A model generated the notes under the pieces. The model did no database searches, was not told the DNA's origin, and saw only the letters and a program-made list of their open reading frames with translations. DNA of 64,000 nucleotides from a virus (Duplodnaviria; Caudoviricetes), in the IMG/VR virus record IMGVR_UViG_3300045594_000287, positions 32,001 through 96,000 of that record, one strand, 5' to 3'. The position numbers and the translations under genes were made by a program. Positions 48,501 to 57,647 of the stretch are shown piece after piece (position 1 is the stretch's first letter; the number at the start of each line of letters is the position of its first letter).

Positions 48501-49752
48501 TACGACCTATACGACGGGAACCATTATCCATACGAATATCGGAACGTATCGTGTAGTAGCTGGACCTTGCGGGCCAAGCATGCCTACATCGAAAGATGTG
48601 AATGAAGAGATCAAAGATGGCTCTCTCATAGATAAATATATCGGGACAGGAGATGTATGGCATGCGTCTACGCATTATGACGTAGGAGACATTGTGATCG
48701 ATAACACAAAGATATATCGCTGCATCGTAGCCGGCACTTCCGCATCAAGCGGCTGGGGTCCGGTAGAACTACAGGGAACCATCATCGATGGCCAGAATAC
48801 GTGGGAAACGTTGACAGCTGTTGGCATATGGAGAACCTCCGGGAAGACCTATAAAGACGGCACTTACTTCCTTTGCGACGATAGCGACGGGAAGCATATC
48901 AATGTCTACTTATCATACCCGGGCGCATCGGGAGATCAAGAGCCGACTGATACATCCGGATCCTCATTCAAGAACGGTGATATCTACATGGAATTCGTAA
49001 GCCATAGCCAAGGGTATCCAGACTGGGCAGAGAAGACGGCATATGCGATCGGTGATCGGGTTATCTCAAACGCTCGCGTCTATGAATGCATATTCGATGG
49101 CAAGGTAGCACTTCCTCATCGCATGATGTTCAACAACATCGAAACGAACGTAAGCAGCGTCACTCCATTCTTATTCAAGGAAAAGACAAGCATACCTATA
49201 CGGATGAGTGATGATCGCTGCGAGATCGTATTCAGGGATTGCGCCAATATATCAAGCTCGTCTATCCCTATCGGGATAGCATGGTTTGGACTCATAAGCA
49301 ATCCTTCTCCTAGCATATCGTATGAGTTCGGAGCTCCGTCAGGTGCAGATATGAAACAGATCCAGGATTCTATCAGCACACTGCAGACATCACTCAGTCA
49401 GTGCTTGAGTGCAGGATCGATGAAGGATATCTACAGGTTCCGTGGAAACGTTGCCCGCTACGAGGATCTGCCAGCACAAGCAGATCGTGGCGATGTGTAC
49501 AATATCGTTTCCGCTGATGCAACCCACAAGCTTGCCCCTGGAGCGAACGTAGCCTGGAACGGCACAGAATGGGATGCCTTGGGCGGACAAACAGGTACAG
49601 GAACATCTACAGGCCCTGCAAGCTATTACGACACCATAACGGATGCCGAGCTCGATTACATCATAAGCGGGCAAGGCATACCGGGAGATGACCCGCATAG
49701 TGCAGATGCATTGACGGATAAGGATATCGATCAGATCATTGATTCCAATTGA
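45559..49752 (+). CDS. Tail fibre/tailspike with pectin-lyase-like beta-helix and an array of carbohydrate-binding (CBM5/12-like) repeats
   Basis: LKTTKKNVIGAINEL coil, TLGYFYVGDEGGATY and FGAPLNGTDDD tailspike motifs, beta-helix rungs, and about 8 W.A...Y..GD.V.....Y.C repeats. Confidence 0.75.
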   Translation: MDTEFNKVQAEVLTTDVTTNPYMDETPRYSTNKGLKTTKKNVIGAINELLEAIGELTDGSGADARVSKIIDVVGNFFNNPDLLTKLKSIDNSLIEAVCDINVQLQELKKKQDDNSLDQITKTIEEFRSIVKDAKDTAYEAKKIAQQALSEIERISDARSTGVKKYNIVSDMIKDTGLRCDLYVETLGYFYVGDEGGATYHIEANNLNKPWAIQLDNGYYACIAETKRVTYRMFGAPLNGTDDDGQAMAWAHDYANSIYTKDETGRIFQYPVTVENHHGQIYKKNKTFISCYTNVDLSGSTLILDDNNSTWFGLYVLGDNDSNYYNYEFTPEQKAELVEDSYHFSMLDNSIPGNVAIKMDEGPYVARDDAGYMYTVNRRELLIHDMHGICASPLVNDWSDAGGRDINCPTTDEITKVVSLYHHTTHSTVSFTHIPNQRICFTGCDVLLNQGADKYCSILWVKRHNCIVKDFVMRPHRDKLRNSMFKNSMIYIWDSYNVVVQNIQGFNSSGRSDDGKKWNATSGYMVRMTNCSDVVVRDCRLLGYWGATAMDSTKNIRFERCQINRIDSHDYVSNLSIDDCIIYNHGVQVGYGTGMLSITNCAFYLKPIVDMPYPDNHLLELNLSYGRVFGGKVYINNCRCQSFDSSDYKLVKAEFSPNAVSIQPQFKFPEITIENIKVDLPKGTNLIYIQVEGSRDAHSGTTATKPRHITYQTEDNDIIWEYHGRVFDWAPGVRVEVDDVFKNAYGYFVCRKAGQLDTKKNPDDTSGNWFANGSSECRFIGVSAIWRARHKYNVNDIIVVEPNHDFPGFVYKCVNVKKAGGESNGEMPVHEELGKVVLEGTQVPLDGIPWKYIGKKANLIKDWPVGGEIVKDEYYLCGRNIYHVIQSGTTDPQTSPTQRGWFFQEITGKAVVEYVGGLWEPQMWFDLNSYCIANDNVYQCVEHYGTTTGEYPQYNNGYANDNDIIWKDLGSTKDLLRSWTAHTTYTTGTIIHTNIGTYRVVAGPCGPSMPTSKDVNEEIKDGSLIDKYIGTGDVWHASTHYDVGDIVIDNTKIYRCIVAGTSASSGWGPVELQGTIIDGQNTWETLTAVGIWRTSGKTYKDGTYFLCDDSDGKHINVYLSYPGASGDQEPTDTSGSSFKNGDIYMEFVSHSQGYPDWAEKTAYAIGDRVISNARVYECIFDGKVALPHRMMFNNIETNVSSVTPFLFKEKTSIPIRMSDDRCEIVFRDCANISSSSIPIGIAWFGLISNPSPSISYEFGAPSGADMKQIQDSISTLQTSLSQCLSAGSMKDIYRFRGNVARYEDLPAQADRGDVYNIVSADATHKLAPGANVAWNGTEWDALGGQTGTGTSTGPASYYDTITDAELDYIISGQGIPGDDPHSADALTDKDIDQIIDSN

Positions 49753-49764
49753 GGAGGCTAATAA

Positions 49765-52095
49765 ATGGCAGATACAAAGGATTACTTCCTTGACCGCGAG
49801 GGACTCGCATATTTCTATCGGCGGATAAGCAAGAAATTCGCGAAGAACGTGACGGTCAACGGAGTAGGGCAGGATGACAGCGGAGCGATAACAGTCGACT
49901 CCGTTGCCCATGCCAACACGGCAACTGAAGATGAATATGGTAACAGAATTGCCATGACATATGCAACAAAAAAAGAATTGTCTGATGCGAAACTAAATGG
50001 CGGCGGCGGGAATACTCCAACTCCATCTCTGAGTGGATACATTAAAACAATTAATGGCTTATCGGCGGACAGTAATGGGAATATCACCATTACTCAGGTG
50101 GATAAGGCAAATTCAGCTACGACTGCAGCGACTGCCGCAAAAGCAGATACCGCAACGAACGCAACGAGTGCAACAAAAGCAGGGTCTGCTGATAATGCCG
50201 ATCATGCAAACAAAGCTGATCTTGACAGCGATGGAAACAATATCGTAACTACATATGCTACCAAGAAAGAACTCTCAGACGCTAAAAAAAGTTTTAGCGG
50301 AGGAGGAAGTTCTGGCGGCGTAAAACAGATATTCAATACCGTACAAGAATTAAAGGTAACCTCCGGGCTGCCAGTAGACAGTTACGTTCAAACACTTGGC
50401 TATTACAACTACGGAGATGAAGGAACAGGAACATACCGTATCGCCACAGCAAGTGAAAATGAATGGGATGTTCCATTGGCCGATGGCAAGTTCGCGATCC
50501 TTTCGAATAAGGATCGTGTAACTTATGCGATGTTTGGAGCAAAGCTTGACGGAAAAACTGATGATGAGAAAGCTATCATGAATGCACACGCTTATGCAAA
50601 TGTATGTGGAGCAAAAGTAGAAAACCACCACGGAACTATATACAAGAAAAGCCCAGCGGTTATCCGATGTCTAACGAGCGTAGACCTTTCCGGGTCGAAG
50701 CTTATCATGGATGATAACAATACTGCATTCTTCTCCTGGTGGAAGCTCGGCGACTGCATGGAAAGTCAAAGTGTTCATGAATTTGACATGTCCACTTATA
50801 AAAGCCAATTAACAGCCGGCACAAGCGGAATCAACTTTGCAGATAACGGACCACAGCTACCTCAAAACGTAGTAGTAAAACTCAGCGAAGATCCATATAT
50901 GACTCGTAATGACTCTGGTAATCGATACAATGTAGATCGTACGGAGTTATTCGTTCACGATGTAAATGGAATTTGTACTGGCCCGCTTATTGATGATTGG
51001 GTAAATGCAGGAAACCGGACTCTGCCGGGAACCTCAGATAAATCAACATTTATTTGTACATACTCGGCCATACCTAAAAACACATTGACATTCGTAGGCT
51101 GCGAAGTTCATATCAAAGTATCTGCAAAAACGCAGGTTGGTTTGATACAGTGCACCAGGCACAATGTTGTCATCCGTGACTTTACAATCATTGTCGATCC
51201 GGAAAGCATGCATAACATCCAGCTATTTAAGGCTGCTATATTTTACCTGAGGGAGTGCTATAATGTCACACTGGAAAATATCATAAGCACGAATCTGGCT
51301 GGCTTCAATACGGCCGAAGCAAAAGCAACGTCTGGCTATGTATTCGATGCAAACTGCGCAATGAAAATCCTTATAAGGCATTGCCACTTCAATGGCTATT
51401 GGGGATCGACTTGCATGGACAACATAAAAGACGTCCATATCGAAGACTGCACCACTAACCGTATCGATGTCCATAACTATTTCAGGGATCTGTACATCCG
51501 TGACGTTACGTTACAGACCCACGGAATCCAAATTGGCTACGGTTCCGGTATCTGCAGCATAGAGAATGTCACATGCAGTTATCAGCCATTGAATGGTATG
51601 ACGCATCCGAATGCTTTCTTGGAATTTAACAATAGTTATGGGCAACTGTTTCATGGAATGCTTTCGATCAACAATCTCGTATTCGAAGTCTTCGGCCCCG
51701 GCGGCGATTCAGACAGCAATCCAGTTCTTTGTTATCTTGAATTCAATGACGGTGCTGCTTGTGTAGATGAATCGATCAAACAGACATTACCAGAGATGCG
51801 TTTCAAAAATATATGTTTTAATGTACATAATAACTTACCTCTATATTTCTTTGAAATATGGGGGACGGCATCCAGTACGGTATATAATCCCCGCTTGATC
51901 AGCCTTGAGAACATCATATGCAATCAAGATAAAGCTTATATGGCTTTGGTTCACGATGGAGTAAAGGTGACGACAGCAAACACGAGCGACGTCGTTGGCA
52001 GCAAAATATCTATCCAAAATGTCCCAGGATTTACCAATACGGCTACATGGATCGGCAGTGGAAAATCTCCAACTGTTAAGAACTATGACGCCTAA
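49765..52095 (+). CDS. Tailspike paralog with beta-helix (776 aa)
   Basis: AGGAGG RBS. Aligns by eye with 45559..49752 (TLGYYNYGDEG, FGAKLDGKTDD, VENHHG.IYKK, GYWG.T.MD, NRID.H.Y, HG.Q.GYG.G). Confidence 0.75.
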   Translation: MADTKDYFLDREGLAYFYRRISKKFAKNVTVNGVGQDDSGAITVDSVAHANTATEDEYGNRIAMTYATKKELSDAKLNGGGGNTPTPSLSGYIKTINGLSADSNGNITITQVDKANSATTAATAAKADTATNATSATKAGSADNADHANKADLDSDGNNIVTTYATKKELSDAKKSFSGGGSSGGVKQIFNTVQELKVTSGLPVDSYVQTLGYYNYGDEGTGTYRIATASENEWDVPLADGKFAILSNKDRVTYAMFGAKLDGKTDDEKAIMNAHAYANVCGAKVENHHGTIYKKSPAVIRCLTSVDLSGSKLIMDDNNTAFFSWWKLGDCMESQSVHEFDMSTYKSQLTAGTSGINFADNGPQLPQNVVVKLSEDPYMTRNDSGNRYNVDRTELFVHDVNGICTGPLIDDWVNAGNRTLPGTSDKSTFICTYSAIPKNTLTFVGCEVHIKVSAKTQVGLIQCTRHNVVIRDFTIIVDPESMHNIQLFKAAIFYLRECYNVTLENIISTNLAGFNTAEAKATSGYVFDANCAMKILIRHCHFNGYWGSTCMDNIKDVHIEDCTTNRIDVHNYFRDLYIRDVTLQTHGIQIGYGSGICSIENVTCSYQPLNGMTHPNAFLEFNNSYGQLFHGMLSINNLVFEVFGPGGDSDSNPVLCYLEFNDGAACVDESIKQTLPEMRFKNICFNVHNNLPLYFFEIWGTASSTVYNPRLISLENIICNQDKAYMALVHDGVKVTTANTSDVVGSKISIQNVPGFTNTATWIGSGKSPTVKNYDA

Positions 52096-52106
52096 GGAGG
52101 ATTAAT

Positions 52107-53231
52107 ATGGCTACAGGATCTTATTTAGATGTTGCCGGTGTTGCTCACTTCTTCACGAAGCTATGTAATGTTTTCGGCAAAACTAAGAAAGTAAATGGAA
52201 TCACACCAGATGAAACCGGCAATGTAAAACTCGAAACAATATCAAAAGCAATCTCGGACCAAAATGGCCATGAGATATCAAGTACATATGCAACGAAGCA
52301 GGAACTTGCCCAGGCATCGATGGCCTCATCCGTCGGAATCATTTCCGGGGTATCGATGGTGAACAGCATAAGACCAGACAAATTTGGCAATGTTGAGATT
52401 GATGTTATAGACAAAGCGATGTGCGATCAGTACGGTAACACAATTTCCTCCACATATGTATCAAATGCTGCACTTAACGATAAGCTCGCTCTATATCCAA
52501 CCATGAAAGAAATGTGGAAAGCCGTATCCTCGGGGACGGTTATTTCGGTAAATGGCGTGCATCCAGATCAAGAAGGGGATGTACAGATCAAGAACGTAGA
52601 AATTGCATCCAGCGCAGGGGTGGCTCAGAACGCAACCTGCGATAGTATCGGACGAGTAATCACAACAACATATGCCACAAAAGAAGATCTCAAGAATCTA
52701 TCGCCTAGCAGTGGAGGTGGCGGCACAGTAAAAGCTGTAAACGGTATCTCTCCAGATGGAGTAGGTAATGTTACCATTTCTACAGTAGCAAACGCTACTC
52801 GGGCTACTAACGCCACATACGACGGTACTGGTAATGAAATCTCCAGTTTTTATGCTACTAAAACGGAATTAGAAGCAGTCAAGAAAAGTATCTCGGATAA
52901 TAAGGGGGGCGGGACAACCCCAACACCTACTGATTCAACCGGATACGTAAAAAACGTTTCCACTAAGGTGAAGACAGGAGATTGTAATTTGCTGGTTGCT
53001 GGTGGCACGTATATAATTGATTCTGCTGTCACGAATAACCCAGCAAACACAGAAGGATATCTGCAAGTACTTCCTGGAACTGATACGGATCCAAGCAGCA
53101 GTACATGCGCTCAACTATTTATTGCTGCAAGTACTGGAGTTCTTTATACTAGAACATCTTATTGGCAAGAACCAGATTACAACAAGATTGCATGGAGAAG
53201 TTGGAATAAACTCACTCCTGCAGCATCATAA
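52107..53231 (+). CDS. Short tail fibre with four repeat modules and a C-terminal knob-type domain
   Basis: Four VNG..PD..GNV.I...D..G..I..TYATK.EL modules. The C-terminal GTY.....NNP...GYL.V....CAQ......LY.R.....W..W pattern is knob-like. Confidence 0.7.
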   Translation: MATGSYLDVAGVAHFFTKLCNVFGKTKKVNGITPDETGNVKLETISKAISDQNGHEISSTYATKQELAQASMASSVGIISGVSMVNSIRPDKFGNVEIDVIDKAMCDQYGNTISSTYVSNAALNDKLALYPTMKEMWKAVSSGTVISVNGVHPDQEGDVQIKNVEIASSAGVAQNATCDSIGRVITTTYATKEDLKNLSPSSGGGGTVKAVNGISPDGVGNVTISTVANATRATNATYDGTGNEISSFYATKTELEAVKKSISDNKGGGTTPTPTDSTGYVKNVSTKVKTGDCNLLVAGGTYIIDSAVTNNPANTEGYLQVLPGTDTDPSSSTCAQLFIAASTGVLYTRTSYWQEPDYNKIAWRSWNKLTPAAS

Positions 53232-53235
53232 ATAT

Positions 53236-53267
53236 AGACTCCGACCTCGGTCGGAGTTTTTTCTTTT
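53236..53267 (+). terminator. Rho-independent terminator
   Basis: GACTCCGACC-TC-GGTCGGAGTT followed by a T-rich tract. Confidence 0.85.
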
Positions 53268-53354
53268 ATCTGTACAATTTGTAAGTGTACGTTGGGTGTT
53301 CTACAGCGTAATCAATTTATGAAATACAATTTCATGAATAAAGGAGGAATACTC

Positions 53355-53876
53355 ATGGAAGGATTATCAGGCATCGTCTCCTCGCTGGCAACAGTTACTC
53401 CTGGTTACGGTATCTTTCTATCCATCATGGCCCTAATTGGCTTCTATGTTTGGTACTATATGTCCAAAATACTCAAGCCAAGAATTGACGAACGAGAGAA
53501 GAGAGAAACCGCAGCGGTGAAAAACCAAACTCATTCATTGAATCTACTACAGAAAACAGTAGATGCAAATGAAGGAGTAACCAAACAACTCATGTCAACG
53601 ATGAACCGACTTGATCTCACCTTAGAAAAAGTCTCTGAAAAACTCAGCAGCGTAGACGAGCGTACCTCCAATGATTCAAAGATGCTTAGTGATATTAATA
53701 ACAACATGCCGTCAAAGGATAATGTTAATAAACTTCACGAGCGAATCAATGCAATCACTGATAACATGGCAGACAAAAATGATGTCAAGCGCATCATGGA
53801 TGCTGTCAATGAGGTCAGCAACGGAGTATCCAAAGCAAATGAAGCTTTGGTCGAGCTCCGAGCAAAGCAATCCTAA
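53355..53876 (+). CDS. Holin-like membrane protein (single N-terminal TM helix plus coiled coil)
   Basis: AAGGAGG RBS before the ATG at 53355; GYGIFLSIMALIGFYVWYYM...REKRE followed by heptad repeats (BhlA/UviB-like layout). Confidence 0.5.
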   Translation: MEGLSGIVSSLATVTPGYGIFLSIMALIGFYVWYYMSKILKPRIDEREKRETAAVKNQTHSLNLLQKTVDANEGVTKQLMSTMNRLDLTLEKVSEKLSSVDERTSNDSKMLSDINNNMPSKDNVNKLHERINAITDNMADKNDVKRIMDAVNEVSNGVSKANEALVELRAKQS

Positions 53877-53881
53877 GCTGG

Positions 53882-53913
53882 TATCCCTCGCATCAATAGC
53901 AGTGCGAGGGATA
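53882..53913 (+). terminator. Stem-loop after the holin-like gene
   Basis: TATCCCTCGCA-N10-TGCGAGGGATA; poor U-tract. Confidence 0.5.
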
Positions 53914-53992
53914 TTGGTATCTATGGAGGTTTTTACACCTCTACAATGCGTAATATAGTCAATAGATAATGTCGAAAAGAAAGGTGAAATAT

Positions 53993-55360
53993 ATGGCAAA
54001 TGATACTTATAAAGAAGCTACTTACCAGGAAAAGATCGCCACTGGTAATGGCGTCAGGAAAATATCCGAAAAAGTCATCCAGGATGGAAGGGCCCTTGTC
54101 ATCACAGACGAAGACCTTAATAAATACTCCTGGAGCGATCTGCCAGATGGTACGATCAAAGTAAATCCGAATACGGGATTGATGGACGTCAAACTGAAAG
54201 GGCAGACGAGTTGGGTTCCAGCAGGGATCAAAAATGACGGAACGATCTGCATTGCAAAAGACAGCATGATCATACAGGAAGATTTCGTGATCGAGAAAGT
54301 ACCAGCATATGCGAATGGTCGTTACGGTACAACATCCAGCGAAACGTTCACATATTCCATGCCGACGATAGACACACAAAGTAATCCGTCGACTACCCCG
54401 AACTCATTCACTGGGAAAGTTACAGCTGACGGAAAAGGCTTGATCTTCCGTCTTACGCAGGGCACGTATATGAATCTACGTAATCACCTGGAAGTGATCA
54501 TTGATGATGTACTGTATCGTTCTTTCCGCACTGGCGGAGTAGATGAGCGCAACGAACAGGAATTCATCATCTATGACCAGCTGGAAGCTGGGCAAAAGAT
54601 CACTGCTAAATACATCCGCATCATTCGGATCGGTAATCCGTATCCACGAGTATTCATGAATACCAATACTCCGGATTCTTCAGAAGCCGGTGACATGTGG
54701 ATTGATCCTGCAGGCGACATGGAACAGAACATCTACAAGAACTATCTTGATAACATCGAGATAGATCCAAAAGTAAAAACCTTCATGGATGGCATCACAT
54801 CCTCTTACCAGGCTGCGGTAACTGACTCGATGAAGGGCTATACCTCCAACAACCCGGACCTCAAGAAGCGTATCGATGATTTCTGCGCTACCCTGGATAA
54901 GGATTATCCAAATACGGGTATGGGGAAAGACATGGCCAAAGCTCTCCTCAGTTATTGCTCTGGGATTATTCCTTGGGAATTCACCACACATCCAAGTACG
55001 ATTGCCGGCTATGGCATCCAGGATAACTTATCGTATAATGGCCACGTTCATAAGAAGCAGGATATCATAGATTTCCCGAGTTCGCTTCCTGCCAGTGGCG
55101 GTAACTCGAATACAGTAGGCGGATATGCACCGGGGCGCAATGCGAACCAGCTGCTTGTAATCGATTCAAACGGAAAAATCCCAACTGCAGTACTCCCAGA
55201 TAGTGAGCAGAAGGATTCCGATTTCCTGACAACAGGACCGAACCCGCCGGCTGTCCCTGTGAACGACAGGAGTGTATGGATCTGTACTAAGGCAGGAGAG
55301 CAATGTATAAAGCTTTATACGAACAATAACTGGATCATACTTCACGCGGCATGGTCATAA
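53993..55360 (+). CDS. Tail fibre-associated structural protein
   Basis: AAGGTG RBS before the ATG at 53993; fibre motifs P.....GDMWID, PSTIAGYGI.D, GHVH...DI.DFPSSLPA.GGN..TVGG. Confidence 0.65.
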   Translation: MANDTYKEATYQEKIATGNGVRKISEKVIQDGRALVITDEDLNKYSWSDLPDGTIKVNPNTGLMDVKLKGQTSWVPAGIKNDGTICIAKDSMIIQEDFVIEKVPAYANGRYGTTSSETFTYSMPTIDTQSNPSTTPNSFTGKVTADGKGLIFRLTQGTYMNLRNHLEVIIDDVLYRSFRTGGVDERNEQEFIIYDQLEAGQKITAKYIRIIRIGNPYPRVFMNTNTPDSSEAGDMWIDPAGDMEQNIYKNYLDNIEIDPKVKTFMDGITSSYQAAVTDSMKGYTSNNPDLKKRIDDFCATLDKDYPNTGMGKDMAKALLSYCSGIIPWEFTTHPSTIAGYGIQDNLSYNGHVHKKQDIIDFPSSLPASGGNSNTVGGYAPGRNANQLLVIDSNGKIPTAVLPDSEQKDSDFLTTGPNPPAVPVNDRSVWICTKAGEQCIKLYTNNNWIILHAAWS

Positions 55361-55374
55361 GGAGGAACTAAACG

Positions 55375-56688
55375 ATGGCAGCATTGAATGCAAATAAAAT
55401 CCAGTCTAGAAACCTTGACCCGGATTTTAAGAATAAGCTCGCTATAAGAGGCGAGATATCGATGGACGACTTATCAGAAGATGTGCGAGCAACCATATCG
55501 AATGGTAAGGGTGATGTAAACTATACAGCCTTGAGCAATACTGTTGAAGGACTGAAAAACACCAAGGCTGATAAAACGACCTTGGACAATTACTTCAACA
55601 AGACTACGGACAAACTCTCGAAAGAGCAGTTGGATGACAAGCTGCAGAGTACGATATCGAACACTGAGAACATCCTTACGGTAGCTCAGGCTACGTACAG
55701 ATTGAAGTCAGAACCGATCACGGAAAAGGATATCTCCAATGATTTCCTCACGAGACTGACCGGCGTAGAAAATAAGGCAGCAGCTGCTGCGACCCAGGCC
55801 CAGGCTTCAGCCGACACAGTCAATACTCTTACGACACAGGTAAACGAAGTGAAGGAGACTGCGAAGTCGATGACTGACGCTATCAGTCAGATAAGCCTGC
55901 TCAATACGACGGTATCATCATTGGATAAGAACGTCGGCACGAACCGTTCGTCATGTGAGAACCTGGACAACAAGATCGTCCAGACGAACAGGGATATGGA
56001 TGCCCTTCGTCTGAAGATAGATGCCAATACGTATTCCAGCACAAATAAAATCCCTCTTGATTCAATAGATGATAAAGTGAAATCTGGCCTTGACGATATC
56101 AAGACCACGCAGGATTCCATCAAGGTGCTGCAAGGGGTCCAGGGGAAGCTTTCTGAAGGAAAGTCCGGCCAGATTGTTTCGATCTGCGACGGCAGCGGCA
56201 CGATGAAGGCATCGGATCTTATCACGCCATGTACCATTGTCCATACGGATAATGATTTTGAGAATGGCAAGAAAGCCGGTAAACCAATCATCTTCTACCC
56301 TGAAGCCGGTAAGCTTTCATTCTCGACAGATGGTAAGGCAAAGATGAGATCTCCTCTGAATACGATTGCGGACAATTCAGATGCCACTCTTTTGCAGGAT
56401 GAGACAACACCAAAGGACAGCAATGGCAAAGCCGTTTATTCTTCTTTCATCAAAGCAAAAGACATGTGGATCTTCCAGAACCATTTCTTCCATGATGCAG
56501 AAACGGGCGAGATCCTTTTCAACAATCCGTATAATGACAACTTAACCACGTTCATGCCGGGCGGGATCGTAAGTAACCTGAACACGATCAGCGGGAATAC
56601 TACGAAAGTGCAGTCTACGATTACAGATATGCAAGCAGCCATAGCGAACCTGCAGACCAGGATCGCAGCACTGGAAACCAATAAATAA
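55375..56688 (+). CDS. Coiled-coil tail fibre/whisker-like protein
   Basis: AAGGAGG RBS; long heptad repeats; KADK motif; C-terminal LQTRIAALE. Confidence 0.6.
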   Translation: MAALNANKIQSRNLDPDFKNKLAIRGEISMDDLSEDVRATISNGKGDVNYTALSNTVEGLKNTKADKTTLDNYFNKTTDKLSKEQLDDKLQSTISNTENILTVAQATYRLKSEPITEKDISNDFLTRLTGVENKAAAAATQAQASADTVNTLTTQVNEVKETAKSMTDAISQISLLNTTVSSLDKNVGTNRSSCENLDNKIVQTNRDMDALRLKIDANTYSSTNKIPLDSIDDKVKSGLDDIKTTQDSIKVLQGVQGKLSEGKSGQIVSICDGSGTMKASDLITPCTIVHTDNDFENGKKAGKPIIFYPEAGKLSFSTDGKAKMRSPLNTIADNSDATLLQDETTPKDSNGKAVYSSFIKAKDMWIFQNHFFHDAETGEILFNNPYNDNLTTFMPGGIVSNLNTISGNTTKVQSTITDMQAAIANLQTRIAALETNK

Positions 56689-56700
56689 AGGAGTGATACC

Positions 56701-57645
56701 ATGGCTATATTAAAATGGAAGAATGCGAAAGACTGGATCTCATTTTATGTTGATTCTATCGCACTCCGTTTGAGAAAAGATAAGAACCTCAGTGACGTGA
56801 ACGATGTCGTGGCAGCCAGGAACAACCTGGAGCTCAGTGGAGTGAATAACCACACCCATTATCACGACGACCATTATATGCCGCTGATAAATCGTGAAGA
56901 GAAATCACGTACCACGGAACGAGACTCTTCCTCGTTCTGCATCACAGGAGATGTCGAAGCTCCTTTTGTCGGCTTCACTAATGATATGAAAGTGATGTTG
57001 CAGGCGAAGAATGTCATCGCTACTACCACAATGATCAATGATGGAAGCAATATTCCAGTTAAACTTACCGGTGCAAGTAATACAGGAATACAACAAATCC
57101 GTACTACGGGGGTGACTGCTGATGCGGCAGGAAACCTCACTTCAACCAGCGTGCAGTCAGGTTCTATAAGCGGAACGGTAGCCAATTTCAGCACAGTAAA
57201 TGCTCAAAAAGTATACAATGCCATTTGGAATGACTATGCTGAATTCTTCCCCCGCGGTGGAGAAACCAACCCTGGCGATCTGATTATGCTTGACATTAAG
57301 AGCAAGAAAGAGCAATATATAAGAGCAACGAAAGATGCGCAGCTCATTGTCGGAGTCCATAGTGATGAATTCGCCATGCTCATCGGCGGAGAGAAGCCGG
57401 CTGCTGGCGAAGATTATTTCAAGACGAACATCGAGAAGTATATCCCCGTAGCCTTGGCTGGCCGCGTCCACGTCAACTTCACTGGCGCGTCTGCAAAGGG
57501 CGGGAAAGTAGTTCCGAGTGATATCCCGGGCTATGCACGTCTTTATAATCCAGAGAAAGATACTCTGGATAGAGTAATTGGATATCTCGTTGAATCCGAT
57601 GACTCCACGGGGGAAAGAAAGCTTAAGATCAAAATCGGGAGATAA
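56701..57645 (+). CDS. Tail fibre protein with C-terminal intramolecular chaperone/autocleavage-like domain
   Basis: KDKNLSDV.DV.AARNNLEL, HTHYHDDHY, and WNDYAEFF...GVHSD...IPVALAGRVHV...PGYA...VIG (peptidase G2/IMC-like pattern). Confidence 0.65.
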   Translation: MAILKWKNAKDWISFYVDSIALRLRKDKNLSDVNDVVAARNNLELSGVNNHTHYHDDHYMPLINREEKSRTTERDSSSFCITGDVEAPFVGFTNDMKVMLQAKNVIATTTMINDGSNIPVKLTGASNTGIQQIRTTGVTADAAGNLTSTSVQSGSISGTVANFSTVNAQKVYNAIWNDYAEFFPRGGETNPGDLIMLDIKSKKEQYIRATKDAQLIVGVHSDEFAMLIGGEKPAAGEDYFKTNIEKYIPVALAGRVHVNFTGASAKGGKVVPSDIPGYARLYNPEKDTLDRVIGYLVESDDSTGERKLKIKIGR

Positions 57646-57647
57646 TT

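Noticed and set aside
1-57645. Tailocin or extracellular contractile injection system rather than a phage
   Set aside because: No head genes are in the window, but the sheath is cut by the left edge. The scale (several >2000-aa proteins, many fibres) fits a large phage better. This is not fully excludable without flanking sequence.
45559-57645. Diversity-generating retroelement or invertible tail-fibre cassette
   Set aside because: I saw no reverse transcriptase, recombinase, near-identical template/variable repeat pair or inverted fibre fragments in the window.
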